Counted from the stretch's first letter, positions 1 through 10,891 are shown. The stretch: 64,000 nucleotides of DNA from an uncultured archaeon (GCA_964583985.1 CAZOYD010000004.1:24023-88022); one strand, 5' to 3'. The notes: a model not told the origin generated them from the letters alone. Made by a program: numbers and translations.

Positions 1-1129
1 TCCTATTAATCGCTTCTTTTATTGCTAAATCCTTATCTGCCCAATGAGCTGTTCCTGACCATCCACAACAATGTACATTTTCCTTGTTGTAAATTGGCTC
101 AAAAACCTCCATATCGGGAATATTTTTTAAAATTGTTCTTAAGGACGTTGTATCGTTTAGATTCCGAGCAATCAAGCACGGATCGTGAATCGTTACTTTC
201 AATAATTCATCAGATAGCTTATTCATTGGTTTTAATCTCCCGTTTTTTATGAGTTGAGTGAAATATTCTACAATGTGAATAATTTTGGCATTGATATCAA
301 TACTGGCAGTCTTATATTTCTTTGTTAGCGTTAGTACACAACCAGGACAATCCGATACTATCAATTTCGCTCCCGTTTTTTCAGCAAGATCCTTATTTTT
401 TTGAGCGAAATCTTTTGCAGTTCCAAAATCTCTGATGTTAAATGCAGGTCCACCGCAACAAGCTCTGTGATCTAAATTGGTTGAGAATTTAATGTTCAAT
501 TTTTTCAGGATCTCGATATTAGCTTTCACAACTTCGGGAAATTTCATCATTTCACAACCAATATAGTAATAAACCTCATCTTTTCCGTCAGTTTCTACAT
601 TTTCAATGCCTTTTTCTCTGTAAGTTAGGAATATGTTATGATCTTCAATGGTATTGGTTTTATGTAATTTATCTAGTTGTTGTTTACAATATTCTGGCAT
701 TAACCCCTTATCATTTAGATCATCTCTAACGGTTTCAAGTAAAGAAACCACAGAAAAATCAAATGGACACCATACTTTACATGATTCTTCATTTGTACAT
801 TTGTACATCAAATCAATGAATGGTTTATTTTCTGTTTTCATAGGATCAATTTTACCCATAGATATATAGTATCCAATCCGAGCTTTATACGAAGGACTCA
901 TGGTTTCCTTTTGCTCTGCTTGCAATGTTCCGCAATCGAATCGACACATATTTGGGCATAACATGCACTTGATTAAATCTTCCACATTTGCCTTGAATTC
1001 TCCTTCAGGAAAGTAATTCTTCTTTTTATTACGAAAATTTTTCATGATGATCGATCGAGTTTGCCTATCTGCCATTTGAAGGAGTGGCATGATCCATTCA
1101 TATTTTTTTAACGTTTCTTCTAATCCCAT
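1..1129 (-). CDS. CCG-domain Fe-S oxidoreductase subunit (GlpC/GlcF/HdrD-like), 3' end outside window
   Basis: Not in ORF track. Manual translation from ATG 1129 (adjacent to the upstream stop) stays open to the window edge: MGLEETLKKYEW..., CMLCPNMCRFDC, CTNEESCKVWCP, two CCG motifs (RACCGG, VHCCGW), DCPGC, HDPC. Confidence 0.85.
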   Translation of the reverse strand, partial: MGLEETLKKYEWIMPLLQMADRQTRSIIMKNFRNKKKNYFPEGEFKANVEDLIKCMLCPNMCRFDCGTLQAEQKETMSPSYKARIGYYISMGKIDPMKTENKPFIDLMYKCTNEESCKVWCPFDFSVVSLLETVRDDLNDKGLMPEYCKQQLDKLHKTNTIEDHNIFLTYREKGIENVETDGKDEVYYYIGCEMMKFPEVVKANIEILKKLNIKFSTNLDHRACCGGPAFNIRDFGTAKDFAQKNKDLAEKTGAKLIVSDCPGCVLTLTKKYKTASIDINAKIIHIVEYFTQLIKNGRLKPMNKLSDELLKVTIHDPCLIARNLNDTTSLRTILKNIPDMEVFEPIYNKENVHCCGWSGTAHWADKDLAIKEAINR

Positions 1130-2608
1130 TTAGATCTCACCTGTCTTCCAGGTTTCCTCATATATCTTACCTGGATTTAATATATTATTAGGATCAAGTA
1201 CTTTTTTTATTTCTTTAAGTGTTTCCAACCCTTTTCCCCATTCATTTATCATCCAATGAGATCGTGTAATCCCTATTCCATGATGATGAGCAATCGAACC
1301 ACCCGCATCGATAACTGCTTTAATTATCGTATTCCAACATTCTTGGTAAAATACGAAATCTGATTTATCCTTCGGTGGAACTCCTCCAAAAGAAAAGTAA
1401 ATTCCTACTCCATTGGGATAAAAATGGGAGACATGTGCTGTTATCATGAGCATTCCAGGGAGTTCATTCGCTTTTTCTAATACACTATGATAGATATTAG
1501 CAGCATTCTCCCATAATGAGGCAACTTCTATTGTATCAAACACGATTTTATATGGTGGCATGGATGACGTTTCGGTCACTCTAAATCTAGATTCCATCCA
1601 ATGTTCTACAGGGTGAATACCACAATCTATCCCTTTATTATCCACACATATCTTTCTTGTAAAGGATTCTTCTAAATCAACAAGTTCAGAATTACCTTCA
1701 CACACAAATACAACCATGACCTTATCTTTTGAGAGCTCAACATTTGGAAAGTGACGAGATGTTTCAAAATTATCGTATATTCGAATAACTGCAGGAAAAA
1801 TGTGTTCTCTTAGTATTTTTCTGGTTGCTGTAAATGAATCTTCAATGGTCGGAAAAGCATAAGAGATAAATGTTCTTTTCGATGGAGAAGGCCAAATCTT
1901 TAGAGTTGCTTTAGTTACAATTCCAAGTGTTCCTTCTCCTCCAAAAAATAATTTATTAAGTTGAGGTCCAGTTGAAGCTCCTGGAATGGGCTTAAATTCA
2001 ATTATCTCTCCTAAAGGTAACACTACTCGCATTCCGATTACTATTTCCTCTATTTTTCCATATTTCGTGCTAAATTGACCAGCAGCTCGATGAGCAATCC
2101 ATCCTCCTAATGATGATGTGTATAAAGATTGGGGGATATGACCCGCAGTATAACCCTTCTTATTTAAATATGTTTCTAAATTCATCCCATTTATCCCAGC
2201 TTGAGCAGTAACAGTTAAGTCAGTATCATTTATTTCAATTATATTACTTAACTTCTTCATATCGATTATAATTCCTCCTCTTATAGGAATTGCGCCCCCA
2301 ACAACACCAGATCCCTCAGCAAAGGGAATTACTGGAACTTTTTCTTCATTTGCAATTTTGAGAATATCTGAGATCTGAAATTCATTTTCTGGCCAAGTTA
2401 TGATGTGAGGAAGGGCCGCTATTTTATCTTCCATAGCCCAATTCATTCCGATCAGTGAAGCATCTCTTGTGTAAGCCAATAAATCAATTTGCTCCGAAGA
2501 TACGTTTTCTTTTCCAATAACTCCTTTTAATTTATTTTCAATCTCATCTTTATGCTTTATATCACAACGATCTTCCGTATAGATGAGCTCAAAACCCTTA
2601 AAATTCAT
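1130..2608 (-). CDS. FAD-binding oxidoreductase, VAO/PCMH family, alkyl-DHAP-synthase-like branch
   Basis: GSGVVGG, HIPQS..SSLGGWIA, GQFSTKYGKIE, GGEGTLGIVT, HVSHFY, HHHGIG, LDPNNILNPGK. Confidence 0.85.
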   Translation of the reverse strand: MNFKGFELIYTEDRCDIKHKDEIENKLKGVIGKENVSSEQIDLLAYTRDASLIGMNWAMEDKIAALPHIITWPENEFQISDILKIANEEKVPVIPFAEGSGVVGGAIPIRGGIIIDMKKLSNIIEINDTDLTVTAQAGINGMNLETYLNKKGYTAGHIPQSLYTSSLGGWIAHRAAGQFSTKYGKIEEIVIGMRVVLPLGEIIEFKPIPGASTGPQLNKLFFGGEGTLGIVTKATLKIWPSPSKRTFISYAFPTIEDSFTATRKILREHIFPAVIRIYDNFETSRHFPNVELSKDKVMVVFVCEGNSELVDLEESFTRKICVDNKGIDCGIHPVEHWMESRFRVTETSSMPPYKIVFDTIEVASLWENAANIYHSVLEKANELPGMLMITAHVSHFYPNGVGIYFSFGGVPPKDKSDFVFYQECWNTIIKAVIDAGGSIAHHHGIGITRSHWMINEWGKGLETLKEIKKVLDPNNILNPGKIYEETWKTGEI

Positions 2609-2852
2609 GATGTCTTAACCAATTAGTCAATAGGTTTAAAAATTAACGGAACCAAATTAACATTTTTAATATTGAATTTAATAAAAATGAATCTACAATT
2701 AGAAAAAAGAGGGGTAATTTCTAAATCCATATCATGAGAATCCAATATCACTTAAAATTTCATTTTAACCTAATAAAATGAATATTATGAATTTAGTAAT
2801 TTTAATTTAAATTAATTAGGTTTATAAACGGAGTAAATTCGAGAAAAAAACT

Positions 2853-4331
2853 TTAATAATTTGTCTCTCCTGTCATTTTATTAATCTTAAGGTGCCTAAA
2901 ACGCGCTTTAGTATTCACGATTTCTTGGCTATTTGTGACACGTTTAACTACTTCTTGCGGAAATAAATATTTTGCCAAATGAATGATCATTTCCTTTGTT
3001 TCAATGCAATTAAATAATTTTAGGCTCTCAAATGAATAAAATAGCTCAGAAATAAGATCAAAATTCATATCTGCAGAGAAATCTAAGATTTCCAAGTTTC
3101 TATAAATTCTCGACATTATGCTAGTTAATAGATCAAGATCTTTAAGCTTGTCTAGCGTATTCATTACAAAATTATTAAATATAACATAATATGTCGCTTC
3201 AGCAGAAATAAAACCATCTCGATATTGCTTTATTCCTTCGGGGGTGATTCTAGTTTCTATTTCATCCAAAATCGCTTCAGAGTTTTGTTCTACATTTTTT
3301 ATGTTCAGTAAATGATACATTTTCAATATTACGACGAGTTGAGAAGTTTCCAGATTCTTTAAATATTGTGGTTCAAAAAATTTCTTCTCGGTTTCTAACA
3401 ATCTGATTAATTGTTCTTGAGATAACCATATGTTCATCAAATTAGTTGATTTGACGTAATAATATAATCCATCTGTTGCTTCAACTAACGGTGATTCAAA
3501 TTCATCAATTCCTTCTTCATAAAGATTTACAAGGAACTGCTTAACTTTTTCAATATCTAAAGAGCATCCGAGATATTTTGCTAAATACAATCCACAAAAA
3601 TAAAGATCGGGATTTTGTAAAGTGACTAATGGGATTGTTACCAGCCACTCTTTCATGTTGTTTTCTAAATACTCTTTAATATGGGAAAAATCAAATTGAT
3701 TTTCTAGATAAAAAAAACTGATGCTACGATATATTAAATATATTAATTGTAATTTATCTTTTGGTTCAGTCAAATCTTCTAAACTTTCAATGATTTTCTT
3801 GTTTTTATTTAACTTATTAATGTATTTATCTCTAACGTGTACATATTTTTTTAAATTTTCTTTTTTGCTCGGAAATTCGTCAATGAGCATTTTAAAATTC
3901 CGAAGTTCCATGATAAAATTTAATTCAAAGAAACCTTTTGATTTAAGGTTAAGTAGCAATGGAATTGCTTTGATATCAACAAAATATTCAATAATCTTTT
4001 CCAAGAAGATCTCATATATGATCGGAGCGATTTTAACTTCGTACAAATCGAGATATGTTTCAATCGTTTCGAGTTCTGAATTATTTAATTCGAGAAAAGG
4101 ATCCATGAACTTAATCTCTAATTCCGATTTTTCAAATCCTAACTCTATTAATTCTTTTTTGAGAATATTTAATAGATCCTTTAATTTTTTTTGTAAATCT
4201 CCATCAAGCTTAAGATCATTTTTGAATAAATTTTTTATTGTTTCATTAAAATAATTATCAATAGCATTATAAAACATATCAATTTCATTTAGATATAAAC
4301 TTAGAATATTAAAGATTCCTTGAAATATCAT
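2853..4331 (-). CDS. Hypothetical helical protein with degenerate prenyltransferase/squalene-cyclase-like repeats in the C-terminal half
   Basis: 492-aa ORF; segments such as EATDGLYYYVKSTNL and GFISAEATYYVIF resemble PFTB-type repeats. Confidence 0.5.
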   Translation of the reverse strand: MIFQGIFNILSLYLNEIDMFYNAIDNYFNETIKNLFKNDLKLDGDLQKKLKDLLNILKKELIELGFEKSELEIKFMDPFLELNNSELETIETYLDLYEVKIAPIIYEIFLEKIIEYFVDIKAIPLLLNLKSKGFFELNFIMELRNFKMLIDEFPSKKENLKKYVHVRDKYINKLNKNKKIIESLEDLTEPKDKLQLIYLIYRSISFFYLENQFDFSHIKEYLENNMKEWLVTIPLVTLQNPDLYFCGLYLAKYLGCSLDIEKVKQFLVNLYEEGIDEFESPLVEATDGLYYYVKSTNLMNIWLSQEQLIRLLETEKKFFEPQYLKNLETSQLVVILKMYHLLNIKNVEQNSEAILDEIETRITPEGIKQYRDGFISAEATYYVIFNNFVMNTLDKLKDLDLLTSIMSRIYRNLEILDFSADMNFDLISELFYSFESLKLFNCIETKEMIIHLAKYLFPQEVVKRVTNSQEIVNTKARFRHLKINKMTGETNY

Positions 4332-4600
4332 GTAAATCTACCAGTAAATAAAAGAGAAATTCAATTTGAATAGTCTCATCTATTAAATTTTAATATTCAA
4401 TAGTAATAATATAAATTAATACTTTATTGTTATATAATCTGAAAAGGATACGGTTAAGATATTCTATTTATTGGGATTGAATAAGATGATGGCATTCATT
4501 TTCACTAAACATCGTTGAAAAGGAACTTTTTATTAAGTTTAATACAAATGGATAATTCTAAAATCTAACAAAAGAAATTAATAAATCACGTTGAAAATTA

Positions 4601-6025
4601 ATGACAAGTAATATTTTTGGAACATCGGGCATCAGGCGCATTTTTCAGAATTATTCCGAAACCGATCTCATGTTCACTCCTCAAATAGCATTAGAAGTGG
4701 GTTTGGCACTCGGAACGTATTTAAAAGGAGGAAATGTGGTTATTGGGAAAGATATTCGGACTTCTGCCTTACCTATTGAATACGCATTAATTTCAGGATT
4801 AGTAAGTACCGGATGCAAAGTAATTACTTTAGGAATAGTAACAACCCCTACATTAGCCATATCTTTGCGATATCTCAAGGGTGATGCTGGTGTAATGATT
4901 ACCGCGAGTCATAATACCCCAGAATACATTGGTCTCAAATTGTGGAATCCTTCTGGTTTGGGATATTCCCCAGATCAAGAAGAAGAAATTGAACGAATAT
5001 TTAACGAAAAGGATTTTGCTAAAACTGAATGGTATGATATCGGTAAGGTTACTCACGTAAATGATATTAATGATACCCATATTTTAGATGTTACAAATCG
5101 GATATTATTCAATGGGAATAAATTAAACGTAATTGTTGATCCAGGAAACGGAGCTGGATGTGTTATTGTTCCTAAATTATTAACAAAATATGATATAAAT
5201 ATTATCACTCTTAACGCTAATATGGATGGCCGTTTTCCTGGACGTCAATCGGAACCTAGTAAAAAAAACTTAGAACAAATATCTAATTTTTTGAGAACGT
5301 CTAATCAAAATGATATTGGGATTGCATTAGATGGGGATGCTGACAGAGTAATTTTTTTAGATGAAGATGGTAAAATTGTAGATCCCATTAGATTGTTAGC
5401 GTTATTATCAAAGTATTATATTCAAGAGTTTCATGATTCACTAACGAAAGAAAAACTAAAAATAGCGACACCAATTAACTCTTCAAGTCTAATTGAGGAT
5501 GTATTGCACCCAATGGGATGTGAAATTATACGTACTGAAGTGGGCGATATTAAAGTTGCCATAGCATTAGAGGAGAATGGAGGTTTTTTAGGTGGGGAAA
5601 CATCAGGAACTTATATCTGGCCTGATTTTCATTATGGTCCAGATTCAATTATAACAATCGCTAAAGTATTACAAATGGTTGTTAATACTGGAAAGTCGTT
5701 AAATGATCTTTTGATTGATATTCCAGACTATCCATATTATCGTGATCAATTTAAATTAAAGAAGGATATTCCTTTTAAGGATGAAATCAATGAGAAAATT
5801 ATCAACATAATGAATGAAACCTTTGATTCTCTAAATAAGACAGTAAAATCAATAAACCAACTTGATGGGTGTAGATTTGATTTCCAAGATGGTTGGATTT
5901 TAATTAGGAGATCGGGTACAAGCCCATATCTCAGAATTTCCGGTGAATCTCGTATAAATATGGAAGAATCAATTAGAATTAATAATTTCGCAGAAGACAA
6001 CATGCGTAAATTAGATTTAATATAA
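4601..6025 (+). CDS. glmM: Phosphoglucosamine mutase / phosphohexomutase
   Basis: FGTSGIR, phosphoserine loop TASHN, metal loop DGDADR, GGETSG, RRSGTSP; lies beside glmS. Confidence 0.8.
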   Translation: MTSNIFGTSGIRRIFQNYSETDLMFTPQIALEVGLALGTYLKGGNVVIGKDIRTSALPIEYALISGLVSTGCKVITLGIVTTPTLAISLRYLKGDAGVMITASHNTPEYIGLKLWNPSGLGYSPDQEEEIERIFNEKDFAKTEWYDIGKVTHVNDINDTHILDVTNRILFNGNKLNVIVDPGNGAGCVIVPKLLTKYDINIITLNANMDGRFPGRQSEPSKKNLEQISNFLRTSNQNDIGIALDGDADRVIFLDEDGKIVDPIRLLALLSKYYIQEFHDSLTKEKLKIATPINSSSLIEDVLHPMGCEIIRTEVGDIKVAIALEENGGFLGGETSGTYIWPDFHYGPDSIITIAKVLQMVVNTGKSLNDLLIDIPDYPYYRDQFKLKKDIPFKDEINEKIINIMNETFDSLNKTVKSINQLDGCRFDFQDGWILIRRSGTSPYLRISGESRINMEESIRINNFAEDNMRKLDLI

Positions 6026-6044
6026 TAAGTAAATTTAGTATTCT

Positions 6045-7157
6045 CTATATCCCCGAGACTTTCGAGAGAAATTTAGGGGTATCACAATTGATACCATTTA
6101 TCCTTGAAATTTCTAAAGTTAATAGCTGAACTGCTAAAATCATGATTAAAGGTTGTAGATCCATAATTGTATTTGGAACTTGGATTCCAAAATCAATAGG
6201 AGCAGGTATTTCTTCATTTTGCATTATTTCATAAATTCCAAATACCGTAGCGTTTCGTTCTTTAATCCGGGAAAGTAAGTTAATTAAATTTATTTTTCTT
6301 TTATCTTCTTCATGAGGGATGATAGCTAATATGCAACTCTTTGAATCTGCAAGTGTTATAGGACCATGGGGAAATTCTGCTGTAGAATATGCTTGACCAA
6401 ATATTCTAGCTCCTTCCTTTAATTTTAAAGCCGCTTCCATTGCTGTTGCATAATCTGGTCCACTACCCAAAATAAAGCAAAATTCAGCAAATTTGAAATA
6501 ATGGGAATTAAATTTGATCTCTTTATGTAGTTTTGGCAAAACAGAATACAACTTATCTGGTATTCTGATTAATTCTACCCAGATTTCGTTATATTCTGTG
6601 TTTTGAATAGTTCTATTTGCTTTAGCTATTTCCAATGAAAGCATTGATAAAATTGCTAATTCTGTCACATAAGTTTTTGTAGCTAAAACAGAATTCTCAA
6701 TACCACATTCCAAAGAAATATTATAATCACATACACTTGCAAGAGTAGCATTTAAATTATTTGTGATACCAATGGTTAAACATCCAAGAGTTTTAGAAAT
6801 ATTAATAGATTCAATTGTATCTAATGTTTCTCCGCTTTGGGATAAAGCAATAACACAATCTTCCTCACTTAAGATAGGTTTTATCAGATATTGAAATTCC
6901 ATGCTATATTCTGTAAACGTGGGGATTTTTGTTATCCGATTGAACATGTATGATATTGCAAAGCCAGCATGATAAGAACTACCTGCTCCAATTAAATAAA
7001 TATGGTGCGTATTTCTTTCGACTATAATCTCGCTTATTTCAGAAATTAATTTTTTTTGATGTATAACCCTTTTTAAACATTCAGGAATTTCAAAGATTTC
7101 CTTCTCTGTTTGATTTCCTAATCCATCTTTATTAGTTAGATTATGAATATTATTCAA
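6045..7157 (-). CDS. Double-SIS protein (GlmS isomerase domain only), probable glucosamine-6-phosphate deaminase
   Basis: GAGSS, SQSGET, ATKTY, ALKLKE, HGP and C-terminal LSKV are present; no glutaminase domain; TTG start. Confidence 0.75.
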   Translation of the reverse strand: MNNIHNLTNKDGLGNQTEKEIFEIPECLKRVIHQKKLISEISEIIVERNTHHIYLIGAGSSYHAGFAISYMFNRITKIPTFTEYSMEFQYLIKPILSEEDCVIALSQSGETLDTIESINISKTLGCLTIGITNNLNATLASVCDYNISLECGIENSVLATKTYVTELAILSMLSLEIAKANRTIQNTEYNEIWVELIRIPDKLYSVLPKLHKEIKFNSHYFKFAEFCFILGSGPDYATAMEAALKLKEGARIFGQAYSTAEFPHGPITLADSKSCILAIIPHEEDKRKINLINLLSRIKERNATVFGIYEIMQNEEIPAPIDFGIQVPNTIMDLQPLIMILAVQLLTLEISRINGINCDTPKFLSKVSGI

Positions 7158-7338
7158 GATATTGTCTCTCTTTGAATTCTGGATTTATAATAAGTGGAAT
7201 ATTGAGCAATATTTTAGCAAATTATAATAAATTAATAGTATATATCCAAGATAATCTAAAAATATATAACATAATTTTTTAACTTATTCAAAGATTTATT
7301 CATATAATTACATTTTAATTGGAGAGTAGAGCATACAT

Positions 7339-9195
7339 ATGTGTGGGATTTTTGGAATAGTCACTAATCAAGATATTTCTATTGGAAAAGTTGTTCTCGA
7401 TGGAATTAGGAGATTAGAATATCGAGGATATGATTCATGTGGTATTGTGGTCCAATATGATTCTCAATTAATAATTAAGAAAGATTCCGGGAAAATTGAT
7501 GAGATTAATAAAAAATTGCATCTTGATGAGTTTCCTGAAGGTTCCAAACTAGCTCTTGCTCATACTAGATGGGCGACACACGGACCTCCAACAAAAATTA
7601 ACAGCCATCCACACTTGGATTGTAAGAATAAAGTTGCTGTTATTCATAATGGAATACTTGAGAATTTTATAGAATTACGAGAAGAATTAAAATCTCTAAA
7701 TCATGTATTCAAATCTGAGACTGATACAGAAATTATTCCACATTTAATTGAAGATCTAATGGATAAAGGATTAGATTTTAAAAATGCTGTTGTACAAGCA
7801 ATAAAAAAGTGCAAGGGTGCTTTTGGAATTGCTACATGTCATGCCGATTATCCCGATACGATCATTGTAGTTAGGAGGGAATCCCCATTAGTCATTGGGA
7901 TTGATGAAGGAAAAACCACTTATTGTGCATCTGATATCCCTGCATTTTTACCATATACTCGCCATTGTTATATATTAGATGATGAAGAAATTGCTATTTT
8001 AAAACCAGGAACCGTAGAATTTTATAATTTAAACAATATTGATGACCCCATAATAAAAGAACTACAAAGAATAGAGTGGAGTATTGATGCTGCAGAAAAA
8101 GGAGGATTTGATCACTTCATGTTAAAAGAAATATACGAAGAACCAAAAGCCATGAGGAATACATTGAAAATTTCAGTAGAATTACTCAAGAAGTTTGCTC
8201 AAATATTATGGAGCGCTAAAAATATATTTATAACTGCAGCAGGGACTTCTTTTTATGCGGCTTTAGCTGGAAAACATATCATAACACATTTTCTTGACAA
8301 ATATATCCAAGGTATTGAATGCTCTGAATTTCAAATAGAATTAGGAAATTCTCTCCAAGAAGGAACAGTGATTATTGTCCTCTCACAATCAGGAGAAACT
8401 GTGGATACCATCGAAGCAATTCGTTGGGCTAAGAATAAATTAGGGAAAAAAGTAACTGTAATCGCTATTACGAATGTTGTAGGATCTTCTATTACACGTT
8501 ATTCGGATCACGTGATAGTAACTCAAGCAGGACCCGAAATAGGTGTTGCAGCCACAAAAACATATTGTACCCAAGTACTAACGCTTGCTCTTGTTGCATT
8601 AGAGATTGCTAAACTTCGAAAAATATACTCTTCTGAAGAAATCGAAAAATATTATTACGCTCTTAAAGCCACTCCAAATATTATTGAGAACTTTCTTGAT
8701 ACAAATGTAGAACATATTAAAGATATTGTAAATAATCTTGAGCAAAGTCAAAGTTTTTTTTATTTGGCACGAGGAATTTCAATAGCGACCGCTAAAGAAG
8801 GTGGTTTAAAGTTAAAGGAAGTAGCTTGTCGTTTTATTGAAGGATATTCAGCAGCTCATGCAAAACACGGGCCTATCTCATTAGTCCGAGAAGGATTCCC
8901 AATTATTTTTATTGCGCCACCGGATGAAACTTATTCTAGATTAGTAGGAAATGTTATGGAATTTAAAGCACGAGGTGGCAAGATAATATCGGTAGTCGTA
9001 GAAGATGATAAGCAGATCACCAATCTGAGCGATATTACAATAAGAATACCTCAACCTGGGGATAAATACAACAACATTTTTAGTCCGATCACTTTTACAC
9101 CTGCATTACAACTTCTCTCTTATTATGCAGCGTTATATCATGGACTTGATCCTGACAAACCATTAAATTTATCGAAGACTGTAACGGTTCACTAA
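7339..9195 (+). CDS. glmS: Glutamine--fructose-6-phosphate transaminase (isomerizing)
   Basis: N-terminal MCGIFG, LEYRGYDS, HTRWATHG, HNGI, SQSGET, KHGP, NLSKTVTV. Confidence 0.97.
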   Translation: MCGIFGIVTNQDISIGKVVLDGIRRLEYRGYDSCGIVVQYDSQLIIKKDSGKIDEINKKLHLDEFPEGSKLALAHTRWATHGPPTKINSHPHLDCKNKVAVIHNGILENFIELREELKSLNHVFKSETDTEIIPHLIEDLMDKGLDFKNAVVQAIKKCKGAFGIATCHADYPDTIIVVRRESPLVIGIDEGKTTYCASDIPAFLPYTRHCYILDDEEIAILKPGTVEFYNLNNIDDPIIKELQRIEWSIDAAEKGGFDHFMLKEIYEEPKAMRNTLKISVELLKKFAQILWSAKNIFITAAGTSFYAALAGKHIITHFLDKYIQGIECSEFQIELGNSLQEGTVIIVLSQSGETVDTIEAIRWAKNKLGKKVTVIAITNVVGSSITRYSDHVIVTQAGPEIGVAATKTYCTQVLTLALVALEIAKLRKIYSSEEIEKYYYALKATPNIIENFLDTNVEHIKDIVNNLEQSQSFFYLARGISIATAKEGGLKLKEVACRFIEGYSAAHAKHGPISLVREGFPIIFIAPPDETYSRLVGNVMEFKARGGKIISVVVEDDKQITNLSDITIRIPQPGDKYNNIFSPITFTPALQLLSYYAALYHGLDPDKPLNLSKTVTVH

Positions 9196-9199
9196 TAAT

Positions 9200-10696
9200 T
9201 TACTTCTGCACCATTTTTACTTGAAATATATGAGATTTCCACGGATTTAATTTAATGAATAGTCCAAATTCATCCAAATCTTTACCTAAATATTTGAATT
9301 CTTGATCAGTAATGAGATCTTTAAAGCTCCAGTGTGAAAAACCATACTGTTTTCCTTTTATTTTAATATGTGCTTTAGCAGGAGTAGTGCTGTAATTGAC
9401 AACTATCAAGAAGTCTTGTTGATCTGCTTCCCAAACATATGAAATGATGTTTTTAAATGAGGTATCCTCAAGATCAACAGGATTAACATTACATAGTGAC
9501 CAGTGAGATTTATGCTTCTCTATGTGTGTAATAATTTCTAATAGTTTATTGTAAAACTCTGATATTTTTAAGTTGGGCGTTTCTAATGGATATTTTCCTA
9601 ATTGAACAGGTAATTTTATTTCATTTCCATCCATTTGACCCTCGTATATTAGGAAAGCTCCGGGCAAAGTCATGATTATTAACGCGGCAGCGAGTGATGA
9701 TTCTTCACCAAAAACATTAACTGCTCTTTCTTCGTCATGATTTTCAATATACCTTAATAATTTAGTTTGATATTCCCATTCTGCTTGAAGATAGGAAATC
9801 ACATCTTGAGCCTTATCACTTTTTAGGCGATCATACAATTTCTTATCATAGCAGAAATCAAATCCTTGCTGTTGCAACTTCCATTCCATATCCCAATACA
9901 CTTCAGCAATAAATAAGAAATTAGGAAATTTTTCCTTCACCTTGGGAATCACTTCTATCCAAAAATCAATTTCTGGAATGGTTCTAACTTTTTCACTCCA
10001 TGTTTTACTAAATACTTCATTTGTCATCAACATCGCCATATCACATCTAACACCATCACATTGTTCTGCAATTGATAATAATGTATTAATAGCTTTCACA
10101 CGGGCATCTTTTGAGAACGCATTAATCTGGATAGTATCTATCCATGGTGGAAAATTTGGATCTTTACCATAGGCAAATACTTTTTCTCCAATGGAGAAAT
10201 ATTCATAAGGTTTTGTCATTAGGTCTTGAAGCGTTCCACCAATAAATAAATCTGATTTTTCTAATGTCCATATGTTATCAATTGCCATATGATTGGGGAC
10301 ATAATCAAGAATTAATCGAATTCCTCGTTGTTTTAAATCCTCTCGAAAGGATTCCATCGCTTTTTTACCTCCTAAATGGGAATCAACATGATAATAAAAT
10401 ATAGAATATGGAGAACCAACCACATCTTCCGTACTATAATATCTTAAAGCTTTTCTATACTCCTCCTGTAAACCTTCATGATTTATTGCTATTTCCTTTC
10501 CTTTTGGACTTCTTTCCCACACTCCCATTGGCCATACCGTGTCAAACTTGCTTAATTTCTTATCAATAATATCGATGGGTATATTTTCTAAATTAATATC
10601 ATGTCCGTATTTCTCAGAGAGTTTGTTAAGCCAAGGCCAAGTATTAATCTCGTATATTTTTGGATGTTTAGACCAATTTAAATTTCTATATGTCAT
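9200..10696 (-). CDS. GH13 alpha-amylase-family glycosidase/transglycosidase
   Basis: GSPYSI, DYVPNH, GVRCDMA (nucleophile), IAEVYW (acid/base), ENHDE. Confidence 0.9.
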   Translation of the reverse strand: MTYRNLNWSKHPKIYEINTWPWLNKLSEKYGHDINLENIPIDIIDKKLSKFDTVWPMGVWERSPKGKEIAINHEGLQEEYRKALRYYSTEDVVGSPYSIFYYHVDSHLGGKKAMESFREDLKQRGIRLILDYVPNHMAIDNIWTLEKSDLFIGGTLQDLMTKPYEYFSIGEKVFAYGKDPNFPPWIDTIQINAFSKDARVKAINTLLSIAEQCDGVRCDMAMLMTNEVFSKTWSEKVRTIPEIDFWIEVIPKVKEKFPNFLFIAEVYWDMEWKLQQQGFDFCYDKKLYDRLKSDKAQDVISYLQAEWEYQTKLLRYIENHDEERAVNVFGEESSLAAALIIMTLPGAFLIYEGQMDGNEIKLPVQLGKYPLETPNLKISEFYNKLLEIITHIEKHKSHWSLCNVNPVDLEDTSFKNIISYVWEADQQDFLIVVNYSTTPAKAHIKIKGKQYGFSHWSFKDLITDQEFKYLGKDLDEFGLFIKLNPWKSHIFQVKMVQK

Positions 10697-10891
10697 GAAT
10701 TCGCACTTGTTTTTTTCTAATGATTATTATTTATCTAACTTTCTTAATAAACTGAAGTTACTAACTTCCTCTTTAATTTTAATTTATGATTTATTCTTAT
10801 ATTAAGATAAGCTCCTAAGTTAAAGAATAAAAAGAATACATATAAATTTCAAAATAATCATAACTATATTAAGAAATTATTATGAACACAA

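Noticed and set aside
22-869. Short + strand ORFs 22..252 and 648..869
   Set aside because: They lie antisense to the CCG Fe-S gene on the - strand.
1-1129. Possible selenocysteine (in-frame TGA) explaining why this gene is absent from the ORF track
   Set aside because: Manual translation shows no in-frame TGA; the ORF simply runs off the window.
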